A stretch of 64,000 bases of DNA from an uncultured Verrucomicrobiae bacterium (GCA_963706955.1 CAVPOC010000011.1:1-64000); one strand, 5' to 3'; counted from the stretch's first letter, positions 41,765-53,446 are shown. The notes: generated by a model not told the origin, from the sequence alone. Numbers and translations are program-made.

Positions 41765-43427
41765 TCAGAATTTGACACCGACGCCCATGAACAGTCCGGA
41801 TTGCGCGGCATCGTAAATCAGGCCGTTCTTGACGTAATCCATGTAGAAATAGCGATAGCCCATCTCTGCAAAGAGATTGCGCGTGAAATTGACTCCGATG
41901 GAGCCGCTGGCAAACCATGCGATTTCAGAGCCTGCTCCGAAGCCGCCGACATCGCCCTGCAGCGCCAGGAAGAGCCAGCGAGTGAAGTTAATCTGAGTGC
42001 GGAGACCGATAATCGGATCCACCCACCATTGGTCGCCGGACCTCGATGTTGGGAGACGGTTTTCGAGCTCCTGGGAAAGGGCCTTGGATAGCCTCTTCTC
42101 GGCCTGAGCGACGCGAGCTTTGGCCTTGGTAACCTCGTTCGCCTCCGCTGCGTCAAGTCGGGCCCGCTCTTGCGCCAGACGCTCCGCAAGCACGGCGTCA
42201 ACAAAAGCACGGAATTCGCCACGCACGCCCTTGGCTATGCGCAGAATATCCTCGGTGCGAACTGCCTCTCGGAGAGGACGACTGCTGGAAAGCTCTCGAC
42301 GCAGTCTGGCTTGCAGATCCGACTCAAGGTCCCGGGCAAGTCTGTTGCGCGCGTCCGTCTTCGAGGATGGCTTCCTCATTTCCCGATTCAGTCTGCAGTT
42401 TTTGCACTTCCGCGCTTACCGCGCGTTGGACGCGAGCCCCGACGGCGCCAGAAATGCGTTGGGTGGCATCGTCACTCACGCGCTGAATACCCGCCTCGTC
42501 AATGCTCGCGTCAACATCAATTCCGAAGTAGTTATAGCGTGCGCCCGCGTAAATATCGAGGAAGCCGCGTCGGTCGTCGATGATTCGGTAAGCGAGGGCA
42601 AGCTCCACCATTCCCTGCTGAAGTTTGATATTCGCGTGGTTGTAAAGCGGTCCGGGAGGATCGCCGCTCGCTGAGAGTTGGGCGAAAAATCCATCGCCGA
42701 GGATGCCCCACTTCCCCTTGCGCACCTCGCCCTCGGCCATGATCCCCCAATCAAGATGCTTGACCACGGTCACGGGGTTATAATCAACGTGAGTGTCAAA
42801 CCTCTTCAGGCCGACCGTGCCGTCGACACCCAGGCCCCAAAGGTAGGGTTCGATAATGAAGGACCACCCGTTGGGATCTTTGCCGGGAACCACTTCGAAG
42901 CCGGTGTGTCGAGCGACGACCGAGTCGCCCACCGACTCGACCGGCACGGTCTTTTTCAGTGAGTGTGTGCCGGCAGGGACGGGCGCGGCGCCAGGACTTT
43001 CAACCGGCGTGGGCGGAGCGGCAGGCAAAGTTGAAACCAGCGCGAAGCTGGCTAGGGCAATTGTCAAAAGGCAGTTCCGAAAAGAGCGCGGGAAGGTGGA
43101 GAGTTTGACGGGCTGTTGTCCGATCAATGCCGCTGCCGTCGGGATCGGGGAGCATACGCGTCCTCGCGTGTGATTGTCAGGCGTCCCGCCGGACAAGCCC
43201 ATAGCGACGAGGCTGGTGACCTTCGCGCGGTAATCTTCGCGATGATCGCGATAGTTTGCGTTATCTGCCTTTGAGCTTATCGACTTTCGCGCCCGGCGCG
43301 GACGCCGGGCGCCACACCCGAGGATTCGCCTAGGCGAATGCTCCCCAAACTTTCGCTCCTCAGCGCCCCTTTCGTAAAGGATTTCCGAGCGATGTCTTAG
43401 AAACGCAACCAGCCGGATGAAAGGCAT
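41765..43427 (-). CDS. Outer-membrane beta-barrel protein with a long helical insert; +1 frameshift at ~42355; true start probably near 43120
   Basis: Motifs WSFIIEPYLW, YAGARY, WVDPIIG, GDVGGFG and GYRY; C-terminal GVGVKF. Confidence 0.75.
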
Positions 43428-43508
43428 GAAATAGCTCCAGTTATTGCTCTCGTTTTAGTCGGGCAGCCGAGCTAGGCGACGTGCAGCTTCGCGATTTGAT
43501 GCCCAGGA

Positions 43509-44590
43509 TCATGGCGCTTGCACGCAGCGAAATCCAAGATGATTGGTTCCCGTATTAACCTCGCCTTTGCCGCGCGTTCCTACGATGTAGCGGGTGCAAT
43601 ATTGCTCGTTGCAGAGGAAGGAACCGCCTTTGTGAACGCGCTTTTTCTCTGACGGCTCGGCGGGATCGAAGGGGCTTTCCGGACCTTGCGGGTTTCGCGA
43701 AACGCTACCCTCCTGGGATAGCTTTTGAAAATAATCGGGGCGATACCAATCGCTGCACCACTGCCAGACGTTGCCGGCCATGTCATAGAGACCGTAGCCA
43801 TTCGGGGGAAACGATTTCACCGGCGCAATACCGGCAAATCCATCTTCGCCTGCGTCGTTAACTGGAAATTGTCCTTGATAGGTGTTTGCCGCGAACTTCC
43901 CGTCCGGTTTGAACTCATCGCCCCAAGGATAGAGCTTTCCGCTCAAGCCTCCGCGCGCGGCAAACTCCCACTCGGCTTCGGTTGGCAGTCGCTTGCCCGC
44001 CCACTTCGCGTAGGCGACCGCGTCGGGATAGGCGATTTGCACGACCGGATAGTTTTCCTTGCCCTTTATGTCGCTCTGTGGACCTTCCGGGTGGCGCCAG
44101 TTCGCGCCGTGCTGATAGCGCCACCACCGATAATGATTGTTCAGCGGCACGGGGCGGGATGTGGGAGTGAAGACGATCGAGCCGGCCACGAGACTTTCCG
44201 GCGGCGCCGTGGGAAACTCTTCTTTGGTCGGTGTGCGTTCAGCGATGGTGATGTAGCCGGTCGCCTTCACAAATTTCTCGAACTCAGCGTTGGTGACAGG
44301 CGTCGCGTCCATCCAGAAACCATCGACGTAGACACGGTGTATCGGAAGGGAATCGGCGACCGTCGCCGGTGAGCAAGAGAATTCGCCATCGCACTTTCCG
44401 TCGCTGCCCATCGAGAATTCTCCGCCCGGAATCCAAACCATGCCCTCGGGCGCATGGCCGCGCGGCAGAGTTTTACTTTGTGCGTTGGATGCGAATGCCG
44501 GACTCTCGGCCTCCTGAGCGAAGATGGGAGATGACGCGAGCAAGGATCAGTGCCGATCCAGTTGGCAGGGAACGTGACCGTGGCGTTCAT
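43509..44590 (-). CDS. Formylglycine-generating enzyme (SUMF1/FGE); probable frameshift in the signal region
   Basis: Motifs RLPTEAEWE, NGYGLYDMAGNVW, GGSFLCNEQYC and GFR. Confidence 0.9.
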
Positions 44591-44608
44591 GGTTGGGCCG
44601 AGAAGTGC

Positions 44609-45214
44609 TCAGAGCTTCCGCTCGACATCTTTGATGCCGTCACCGATGTGTTGAAACCATTTTTTCACCTCTTCGCCGCCAGCTTTGACGCCTTCGCCAA
44701 CCTTTTTGGCAGCGTTCACGGCCGACTGTGCGCCCTTCTTGAGTTCCGTGCCGGACCACTTGGCCGCGCCCGACAAGCTCTCGCCAGCCTTCTTGAGCGC
44801 ACTAGTCGCATCCTTTCCTGCTTTCATGCTCTCCTCCGCGGTCGCGTGCCAAGCTTTGGCCAGTTCATTGTCCACATGGGCGAAGGTCTTCTTCAGCTCA
44901 TCATCCGATTTCACTGCGCCGCTCTTAACGCTTTGGCCGAGCTTATCCAGCTCGTCTCCAGCTTCCTTCACCCCCTTTTTGGCGCTTGCGTCCACTTTCT
45001 CGGACTCTTTCTTCACGCTGGCGGCAGCCTTATCGATGGATGCGGAGGCCTTCTGCATGTCCCCTTTGAGGAAGGACTCGTGCGCAGCCGCCATGGACTT
45101 GTCAGGTTCGGTGGAGAAATCGCTCGACGAGGTCGCTGCAACGGCTGCCGGAATGGCGGCCATCATGAGGGCCGCTGCGCTAACGTTGCGTAGCAATGAG
45201 ATCTTGTTTTTCAT
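44609..45214 (-). CDS. Secreted Ala/Lys-rich helical hypothetical protein
   Basis: ATG 45214, signal peptide and amphipathic helices; inside the sulfatase gene run. Confidence 0.75.
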   Translation of the reverse strand: MKNKISLLRNVSAAALMMAAIPAAVAATSSSDFSTEPDKSMAAAHESFLKGDMQKASASIDKAAASVKKESEKVDASAKKGVKEAGDELDKLGQSVKSGAVKSDDELKKTFAHVDNELAKAWHATAEESMKAGKDATSALKKAGESLSGAAKWSGTELKKGAQSAVNAAKKVGEGVKAGGEEVKKWFQHIGDGIKDVERKL

Positions 45215-45275
45215 GGGTATCGCTTGGGTTTGGTTGATCGAAGATGAGTCGTCGTGGCCACCGCAACAGTCGCGG

Positions 45276-46280
45276 TCAGCGTGCGGCGACTTGGCCCAGG
45301 CCCAGGATTTTGAAACCCGGCTTGCTCTGGGTCTCACCATTGACTGGTTTGTCGGTTAGAACCATTGTCGTTCCCGGCTGCACCACGCTGCGCACGCTGG
45401 CGATGAAGGCGGCTGGAACGCCCGCACCCGTGGCAAGGTCGGTGAAGTTCGGATCTTTTGCGGCGGGTGCGCCATCCACACGCACCCACTTGCGTCTGCC
45501 TTCCGCATCGGCGCCATCGAGGGCGCTGTAAACGTGCATCCCGCTCACGCCGCGCACAAAGGGCGCGCGACCGATCTCGATGCCATTGCGATACACATAG
45601 ACCTGCTTGTCTGCCGCGGTGAAAAGGATCGTCACCGGCCCGTGGTCCGATTTCTCTGGCGTCCACGAGAACTCCCCTTGCGATAGCGATGCATCGGCGG
45701 CGGGCGGTGTGGCCTGCGAAAAAATCATCCCCGGATCCACCGTTTCGCGCGGCGCGGAGTGCTCATCCGCAATGATGACAGTACCGCCCTTGGTCGTCAC
45801 GGTGAAGAGCAACTTGGAAAACTCCAGCGGCAGGCGCACGCAGCCGTGCGAATCCGGATAGCCCGGCAGATCGCCCGCGTGCAGCGCGATCCCGTTCCAC
45901 GTCAACCGCTCCATCCACGGCATCTCCGCGCCTTTGTAGATCGTCGAAACATGATCCTTTTCTTTCTCGAGGATATCAAAGACACCGACCGGCGTCGGAT
46001 GCCCTGGACGTCCCGTGCTCACGCTACTGCGCGCGATGCGGATGCCATTCCGATATACATAGGCGATCTGCTCGGGCTTGCTCACCACGATGAGTACCGG
46101 CCCCTCCGGCGCGCGCTCCGGTTCCCAGACAAAGTCGCCGGGCTTTAGCTTCGCAGTCGTTGGAGGGACCTGTTTGCCCTCGGTGAAAGTCTCGGCGAAC
46201 ACCGGCAGCGCGAATAATGAGGCGACGGAAAGCAAGGTGGTGGTAAGCGCGTGACGGACCATGTTGAGTTTTGGCTTCAT
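45276..46280 (-). CDS. L,D-transpeptidase family protein with a duplicated N-terminal strand module
   Basis: HAGDLPGYPDSHGCVRL; repeated W.PE..GPV..YVYRNG block. Confidence 0.88.
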   Translation of the reverse strand: MKPKLNMVRHALTTTLLSVASLFALPVFAETFTEGKQVPPTTAKLKPGDFVWEPERAPEGPVLIVVSKPEQIAYVYRNGIRIARSSVSTGRPGHPTPVGVFDILEKEKDHVSTIYKGAEMPWMERLTWNGIALHAGDLPGYPDSHGCVRLPLEFSKLLFTVTTKGGTVIIADEHSAPRETVDPGMIFSQATPPAADASLSQGEFSWTPEKSDHGPVTILFTAADKQVYVYRNGIEIGRAPFVRGVSGMHVYSALDGADAEGRRKWVRVDGAPAAKDPNFTDLATGAGVPAAFIASVRSVVQPGTTMVLTDKPVNGETQSKPGFKILGLGQVAAR

Positions 46281-46318
46281 GAATGAAGGTTTAAATTCTT
46301 GGAAAGTTGAGTATTCGT

Positions 46319-47329
46319 TTATTGCTCGAACGCGAAGATCTTTTTCCAATCTTTCTTCATGCTGATGACTACCCAACCATCCTTCTTCGCCTCATCGTAA
46401 AGTGCCTGCGTGAAGGCGCCGACCTTCGTGTCCGGAAGTCCTTGGGCAGGACCGTAGGCGTACTCGCGCTCCGCATCGTCATGCAGGACGAGCATGGAGA
46501 GCCGCGCACCGTCGCCCGCTTGGGTGTATTCGAGCATTTGCCGGTCGCCGGTTGAGTTGCCAAAGGCAGCCAATGGCTGGCGCCCGATCATCAGGTGGAT
46601 TCCTTCGGGCTTGCCGGCGTTGTTGTCGTTGAGCAGAAGCTTCGGTTCTTTGGTCAGAAACGGCTTGCCCTCCTTGTCGTAGCCATACTTCGTGCCACCA
46701 GCGGTGCCGACGACTTGTTCCGGCGGAATACCATAGGTCTGCTCCGAGTATTCGCGCACAAAGTCCTGACCGCCGCCGGTAACGATGAAAGTCTTATAGC
46801 CGCTGGCGCGCAGATATTGCAGGACCTCCTGCATCGGCTGATAGGTCAGCTCGGTATAGAGCCGGTCGAACCGCGGGTGCTTGGCAGTTGCGAGCCACTT
46901 CTTCACTTCGGCTTTGAACTCTTCCACCGACATTCCCGTGAGGGTCGCCGCGAGGATTTTCTCGAGATCTTTCAGCGAGAGCTTTGCGATAGCTTTTCGA
47001 TTGCCTGAGAGCACGGTCTTGAACGGTTCGATCTTGTTGAGGTATGGTTTCTTTTTTGCCACCTCCGGCACGCGCTCCAGGCAATACAGGACCTGGGTAT
47101 ACATCGGATGTTCGACCCACAGTGTGCCGTCCTGATCGAAGGTGGCGATTCGTTCCTCGGCGGGGACAAACTTCGCGCCGCCGGTCTCCGTAGTGTCGCG
47201 AACAAAATCCAGGATGGCTTGCTTGGCAGGCCCATCGTTCCAGGAGGGCAACGGATCCTGGGCTCGCGAGGCGATGGTCCCGACAAGGATAATCGCAACG
47301 AGGGAAAACGCGTTGCGGATCGATTTCAT
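46319..47329 (-). CDS. Secreted HAD-superfamily phosphatase
   Basis: Motifs DPLPSWNDG, FDQDGTLW, VTGGG and AFGNSTGD. Confidence 0.9.
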   Translation of the reverse strand: MKSIRNAFSLVAIILVGTIASRAQDPLPSWNDGPAKQAILDFVRDTTETGGAKFVPAEERIATFDQDGTLWVEHPMYTQVLYCLERVPEVAKKKPYLNKIEPFKTVLSGNRKAIAKLSLKDLEKILAATLTGMSVEEFKAEVKKWLATAKHPRFDRLYTELTYQPMQEVLQYLRASGYKTFIVTGGGQDFVREYSEQTYGIPPEQVVGTAGGTKYGYDKEGKPFLTKEPKLLLNDNNAGKPEGIHLMIGRQPLAAFGNSTGDRQMLEYTQAGDGARLSMLVLHDDAEREYAYGPAQGLPDTKVGAFTQALYDEAKKDGWVVISMKKDWKKIFAFEQ

Positions 47330-47453
47330 GATAGTTAGGGTCTGCACGGTGATGTTTGGTTTGCGGGGCCCACAGAGGAAAGTCGCCATGTGCAAGAGCA
47401 AGCTGTTCGCGCTACTCTCTTGCATGAGTTTCATCTCAATCGTTAGGTTAGGC

Positions 47454-49000
47454 TTAGTTTTTCGGGCCGCTCTGAAGTGCCTCCAGCACTTGGTCGAGGC
47501 TGAAGCTGCCTGGCTTTTGGCGCGGCGGGAAGTCCTTAAAAGTATCCAGATGCCTGGCGACGTATCCCTGTGCAGGCACGAGAACAAAGGCGTGATCTAC
47601 GCGCCAGTGGTCGTAATCGGCAGCTTCGTGATCGGCGCGCTCATACGGGTCGGTGCGCAGGCAAAACAGCTTGGGAAAACGTAGAGTCACCAGCGGGTCT
47701 TGCCACACGTCCAGACCGTGAGCGCGTTGCTCCTGAAAGACAATTTTCCAACGGCCGTAGCGCAGGCCGCAGAGGTCGCCACCGTCCGTCCAGTAGAAGA
47801 ACTCCTTGCGCGGCGCTTCCTGAACCTCGCCCCTAAAATAGGGGAGGAGGTTGTAGCCATCGAGATGGACCTTATAATCCCGTCCCAGAGCATTAACCCC
47901 GCCAGGAGCTTCTCCTTGATGTCCGGCTCGCCGGCGGCCGCCAGCAACGTCGGCAGCATGTCTTCGTGCGAGAAGACATCATTGTAGATCGTCCCCGGTT
48001 TGATCACTCCAGGCCACCGGATCAGGCAGGGAACGCGATAGCCGCCTTCCCAGTTCGAGTTTTTCTCGTTGCGAAAGGGCGTGCTCCCGCCGTCCGGCCA
48101 CGAGAAGCACTCGGCTCCGTTATCGGTGGAATACATCACGATGGTGTTTTCTTCGAGACCCAGTTCTTTGAGCTTGTCGAGAATCTGGCCAACCTGCGCA
48201 TCGTGTTCCACCATGCCGTCCGGGTAAACTCCCAGACCGGTCTTGCCTTGTGACCCGGGCTTGAGATGCGTCCAGATGTGCATGCGGGTAGAGTTCCACC
48301 ACAGGAAGAACGGTTTGTCCGCCTGCTTGGCGCGCTCCAGGAAATCGAGGGCGCCTGCGGTGACCTCATCGTCAATCGTCTTCATGCGCTCAATGGTCAG
48401 CGGGCCGGTATCTTGAATTTTGCCATCGGAGGTGGATTTGATCACGCCGCGCGGTCCGAATTGCTTCTTGAACTCAGGGTCCTTGGGATAGTCCGGATGC
48501 TCGGGTTCCTGCTCGGCGTTGAGGTGGTAGAGGTTGCCGAGGAATTCGTCAAAGCCGTGGTTGGTCGGCAGCATCTCGTCCAGATCGCCCAGGTGATTCT
48601 TGCCGTATTGCGCGGTCATGTAGCCCTGGTTCTTCAACAATCCGGCAATCGTTGGGTCCTTTACGGAGATGCCTTCCTTTGCCCCAGGCAGACCGACTTT
48701 GAGCAAACCGGTCCGCAATGGACTTTGCCCGGTGATGAACGCCGCGCGTCCGGCCGTGCACGATTGCTGGCCATACCAGTCCGTGAACAGCGCACCCTCT
48801 TTGGCGATGCGATCAATGTTCGGTGTCTGATACCCCATCATGCCGCGGTGATAGCAACTCGGATTGTTCCACCCGATGTCGTCACCCCAGAGGATGAGGA
48901 TGTTAGGCTTGCCCGCCGCATGGGCCGAGGTGCAAGCGCCAAAGAGCACCCCGCACGCCGCCAGAAAACGCAGTCCGCGTGTCATGTTATCCAGTTTCAT
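47454..49000 (-). CDS. Arylsulfatase 1 (Cys-type); frameshifts near 47895 and 47720
   Basis: Motifs PNIL..GDDIG, SCTAGR, GKNHLG, TDNG and EGGYR; C-terminus DPYE..FPPRQKPGSF in other frames. Confidence 0.88.
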
Positions 49001-49114
49001 AAGTGAGAAGGTTGGGGGTTCCAATTCGCAAAGGACTATTCGCTGGTGAATCCGCGGGCCACACCTCGGCGGCCCGCGCGTTTCACGATCGAAGGGAAGC
49101 GTTAGTCGGATAAG

Positions 49115-49147
49115 AAGGCGGGCGGCCCTTGCGAGCCGGCCCGCCCT
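49115..49147 (-). terminator. Hairpin terminator after arylsulfatase 2
   Basis: GC stem with a GCAA-type loop and a TTCTT tail on the minus strand; near-copy at 51644. Confidence 0.65.
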
Positions 49148-49160
49148 GTGAGCAGTTGGG

Positions 49161-50899
49161 CTACTGAGCGTTGTGTTCCTGGATCATCTTATCGATCTTG
49201 GCCTTGACCGCCGAGAGGTTGAACGATGCCGGATCCTGCATCGGCGGGTAGTCAATCGCCGTCATGAGCCAGCTTGCCGACTTCCTGCTGGACGAGCACG
49301 AAACGCCAGAACTCGCGGGCGAAAAAGTCGTTCCTGTAGCCGCCAGGCGCCGTCGTTCGGCGACTCGCCGCGGAATGATCGGCGTCCGCTCAAACGGATC
49401 CTGCCGGAGATTGACCATGCATGGGCATGTCGGTCGTGGTCTTTTCTCCCGGCCAGCCCCAAGGTTGCTGATAGAAGACTGGAACTTCAAGTCGTCGAGG
49501 CGCACCGCGCCGAGGTGCGGCCCACCGAAGTAGAAGAGCTCGTGCCGCTTGGATGGTCCGCCGCCCGTGAGCAAGTCCATCTGGTTGTAGCCGTCCAGAT
49601 GATTCTTGTAGAAGCGGTCGCCAAGCGTCACGCCCGCGAGCAACTGGTCGATGATATTAGAATTACCGGCGGCGGCCATGAGAGTGGGGAACCAATCGAG
49701 GCCGGAGAAGAGTACCGTTCTCGAACCGTGCCCGGCTTGATGTGCCCCGGCCAGCGGGCGATGCACGGCACGCGGAAGCCGCCTTCAGACGACGGTGCCT
49801 TTAGTGGCCTTGAATGGCGTCATCCCGCCATCCGGCCAGGTGAAGACTTCGGCGCCGTTGTCGGTGGTGAAGACCACGATGGTATTGTCGGCTTCACCGA
49901 TGTCATCGAGGTGCTTGAGCAATGCGCCGATGGAGTCGTCCATCTGCTGCCATGCCCGCCTCTTCGAGACCGTAGTTGGTCTGGCTGTTCTGCATCGAGG
50001 ACTGTACTTCTTGGAGAGGAAGGTCCAGACGTGCATGCGCGTGGTGTTGTGCCAGACGAAGAACGGTTTGCCGTCCTTTTTCGCCTTGTCCATGAAGTCG
50101 CTGGAAGACGTTGACCAGCACTTCGTCGAAGGTGGTCATGTCATACTTCGCCTTCAGAAACGGCAGGTCGTGCATGTTCGGCACGTTGGACATATCCGGG
50201 AACGGCGGCAGCGGACCTTCATCCACGATTTTCTGTTTGCCGACCTTGCCCCAGCGCGGCATTTCGGTCGGATCGTCCGTTTCGGTCGCCCAGCAGTGCA
50301 CCAGGCTGCGCGGGCCATACTTGTTGTAGTAGGCCTCGTCGATTGGGAACGAGAACCAGTACGGGTCCGACATGGCGTCGAGATGATAGAGGTAACCGAA
50401 GAATTCGTCGAAGCCATGCACGGTCGGCAGGAACTTGTTCAAGTCGCCGAGGTGATTCTTGCCGAACTGCCCGGTGGCGTAGCCCTGCGCCTTGAGCGCG
50501 GTTGCGAGGGTGCAGGCTTGAGCCGGGATGCCCACATCCGCTCCGGCCTGGCCCACGGTTGTCAAACCCGTCCGAAGGGGCAACTCGCCGGTGATGAAAT
50601 TGGCCCGACCCGCAGTGCAGCTTGCCTCAGCGTAGTAGTCAGTAAAGCGCATGCCCTCTGCGGCAAGCTTGTCGAGGTTTGGCGTCTTCCCGGACATAAT
50701 GCCCTGATGGTAGGCGCCGATATTAAACCAACCGACGTCATCTCCCATGATAACGAGGATGTTGGGTTTCTTTGCCGGTTGCCCAGCCGGGGATGGAGAG
50801 GCTTCCGGATTCTGCGGCTTGGATGGACAAGCCTGCGCCTAGTAACGCAGCCGTGGCCGCAAGCAGCGACAAGCGGCTATGAATTGATTTGCGTTTCAT
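49161..50899 (-). pseudogene. Arylsulfatase 2, broken by many single-base insertions (error or decay)
   Basis: Signal MKRK from ATG 50899; SCTAGR, GKNHLG, TDNGAE and DYPPMQDPASF distributed over several frames. Confidence 0.85.
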
Positions 50900-50992
50900 T
50901 GTTTGGGGTTTTCTATTTTTCTGGTTGGGCTGGACTCAGGGAGTGATCGCCTGATTTGCCAACAAACTAGTGAATGCGCGAGCGAAAACTGG
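50853..50992. repeat. 140-bp repeat, copy 1 (sulfatase upstream region plus first 16 codons)
   Basis: Aligns by eye with 54693-54832. Confidence 0.85.
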
Positions 50993-51077
50993 CGTTGATG
51001 TGCACGAGTCTCGCACGCCTTACGCGAGCCGCCTCTGACGAAGCGGCGCGTACGTTTCACTATCAAAAAACAATGGC

Positions 51078-51574
51078 CTAGCCGCCGCTGCCTTTCGTAC
51101 TTGGGCGGATTGTTGATATCCAGCAAGGGCACGGGGTTTTCCGGTCTCTGAAGATTCAGCATGATGTCGTTTGAGGCGCCACCCGGATATCGCTTGATGT
51201 TCGGATACTTCACGATCGTCTTGTCGAACTTGAGGAGCACTGGCTCGATGAGCGCCAATACCCGTTATCCTGGCCCGCATACTTGCCCGGCGAGCTCGAG
51301 GCCAGGCAATAGGACACGGCGCCGTTGAAGGTCATGTCGTATTTTTCGAATGGATCCATTGGACAATGTTGGGCGTCTGATACCCCATTATCCCGCGGTG
51401 ATAGCAACTCGGGTTATTCCATCCGATGTCGTCACCCCAGAGGATGAGGATGTTGGGCTTCTTGCCTTGCCCCGGCGTAGCTTCAGCGGAGGCTGGATCC
51501 CCTGCCGTCGCGAGTGCCGGCATGAATATCACGGCCGTGAGCACGGCAAGGATTCTGGCTGGTATTCGTTTCAT
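51078..51574 (-). pseudogene. Chimeric arylsulfatase relic (N-terminus joined to a C-terminus; core deleted)
   Basis: Signal plus [27 protein letters not shown] joined at ~51360 to [21 protein letters not shown]. Confidence 0.8.
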
Positions 51575-51643
51575 GACGGTTTAGGTCGATTCGACCTGAG
51601 CTGGGCCGAGTTGGCTGCAGTTGAAAACAAGATGCTTGGGCGA

Positions 51644-51677
51644 AAGGCGGGCGGCCTTGCGAGAGCCGCCCGCCCTT
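51644..51677 (-). terminator. Hairpin terminator after arylsulfatase 4
   Basis: aaggcgggcggc-cttgcgaga-gccgcccgccctt. Confidence 0.65.
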
Positions 51678-51700
51678 GACATCAGGCTCGTCTCAGGAGA

Positions 51701-53446
51701 CTAGTCGCCCCCGTGACGGGCCGCTTGCACCTGCTTCAGAATCCCCGAGAGATTGTAGGTCTCGGGTGCCTGTAGCGGCGGGTATTTTATGTAGGACAAC
51801 AGGTGCTTCTCCCATAGCTGTTGCCCGATCGGCAGCAGGTTCCAGTCGTACTGGAAGGCGGTCACCGGAGCGGCAAGCGCTCCGCCCAGACTCATGGCCG
51901 ACTTCTGGTCAATGCCGACGGCCTGCTCGAAGGGATCGCGCTTGATGTTCTGGACCAAGGTGAAGTGGAACGGGACGAGTGGCATGATCCAGCCGGCTGG
52001 CCCGGGCTCGGACATGTTGTAGTACATCTTCCAGTTCTTGTAGCGCACCGCGGAGGGCGTCGACCCGGAGAAGTAGTAGAAGTAGTCACGCGCGGACGTC
52101 TCCGACTTGCCCGTGAGGTAGTCGATTTGGTTGACGCCATCCAGCGTGGTTTTGACGATGCCAGGATATTTCCCTTCTTCGATTTGCTGCTTCAGCCCGT
52201 CTCCTTTCGGTCCACCGGCGATTTCGACGAACGTGGGCACCCAGTCCAACGCCGCGAACAGTTGGTTCTTGACCGTGCCCGGTTCGATGTGTCCCGGCCA
52301 GCGGACAACACAGGGAGCGCGGTAGCCGCCCTCCCACGCCTCGCCCTTCTGGCCCTTGAACGGTGTGATGCCGCCATCCGGGAAGGAGATGGTCTCGGCG
52401 CCATTGTCGGTGGTGAAGACGATGATGGTGTTGTCGAGCTCGCCCATGTCTTCGAGCTTCTTGAGGACGTAGCCGATGTTGTCGTCCATTTGCTTCATGC
52501 CGGCTTCGTTGACCCCCCAGTCCTTGCCGCCCTTGACGCCCACCATGTCCATGTACTTGTCCGAAAGCATCGTCACGACGTGCATGCGGGCCGGGTTGTA
52601 CCAGACGAAGAAGGGCTTTCCGGTCTTTTTGGGGTCGTTGCGCTCCAGGAAGTCAATAACGTGGCCGGAGATTTCCTCGTCTACGGTCTTCGAGCGCTCC
52701 AGCGTAAGGGGGCCTTCGTCCTTGTACATCTGGTTTGCTTGCGTCCCATCGGATGACTTGCCCCAGAGCAACGGGCGTGGAGCTGCCAGGCATACGCCGT
52801 CTTTGGGATCAATGGCGCCCGCGGGTTCCGGGATGCCGGGAATGGGTTCCACCCTCATGGGCGGCGCAACGCCTTGCTCGGTCGGACTCTTGTTGATGTC
52901 GAGGAAGCTCACCTGCTGCATGGCGTCCAGGTGGTAGAGGTAGCCCCAGTACTCCTGGAAGCCGTGTGCCGTCGGGAGGGATGCGGGATGGTCGCCGAGG
53001 TGGTTCTTGCCAAACTGGCCGGTCGTGTAGCCGAGGTCCAGCAGGAACTTGGCGAGGCACGGCGTCCCGGGGCGCAGGTAGGACGGGCTGCCGGGCAACT
53101 GGGGAGGAATCATGCCCGTGCGCAGCGGATACATGCCCGTAATGAACGCATTGCGACCGGACGTGCAGCTCTGCATGGCGACATAGTCCATGAAGATTGC
53201 GCCCTCGCGCCCGATGCGGTCTATATTAGGCGTCTCACCGACCATTAAGCCCCGGTGGTAGATGCTCGGCTGCATCCAGCCGATGTCGTCTCCCATGATG
53301 AAGAGGATGTTGGGTTTCTTCGCCTGTTGCCCAGCCGGAGTTGGAGCGGCTTCCGGATCTGCGGCCTGCATCGACAAGCCGGCTCCGATCAGCGCCGCTG
53401 TTGCCGCAAGCAGAGACGAGCCGAACGGGATTAGTTTTCGTTTCAT
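51701..53446 (-). CDS. Arylsulfatase 4 (intact, Cys-type)
   Basis: Signal peptide; motifs PNILFIMGDD, SCTSGR, GKNHLG, TDNG, EGGYR and DPFE. Confidence 0.93.
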   Translation of the reverse strand: MKRKLIPFGSSLLAATAALIGAGLSMQAADPEAAPTPAGQQAKKPNILFIMGDDIGWMQPSIYHRGLMVGETPNIDRIGREGAIFMDYVAMQSCTSGRNAFITGMYPLRTGMIPPQLPGSPSYLRPGTPCLAKFLLDLGYTTGQFGKNHLGDHPASLPTAHGFQEYWGYLYHLDAMQQVSFLDINKSPTEQGVAPPMRVEPIPGIPEPAGAIDPKDGVCLAAPRPLLWGKSSDGTQANQMYKDEGPLTLERSKTVDEEISGHVIDFLERNDPKKTGKPFFVWYNPARMHVVTMLSDKYMDMVGVKGGKDWGVNEAGMKQMDDNIGYVLKKLEDMGELDNTIIVFTTDNGAETISFPDGGITPFKGQKGEAWEGGYRAPCVVRWPGHIEPGTVKNQLFAALDWVPTFVEIAGGPKGDGLKQQIEEGKYPGIVKTTLDGVNQIDYLTGKSETSARDYFYYFSGSTPSAVRYKNWKMYYNMSEPGPAGWIMPLVPFHFTLVQNIKRDPFEQAVGIDQKSAMSLGGALAAPVTAFQYDWNLLPIGQQLWEKHLLSYIKYPPLQAPETYNLSGILKQVQAARHGGD

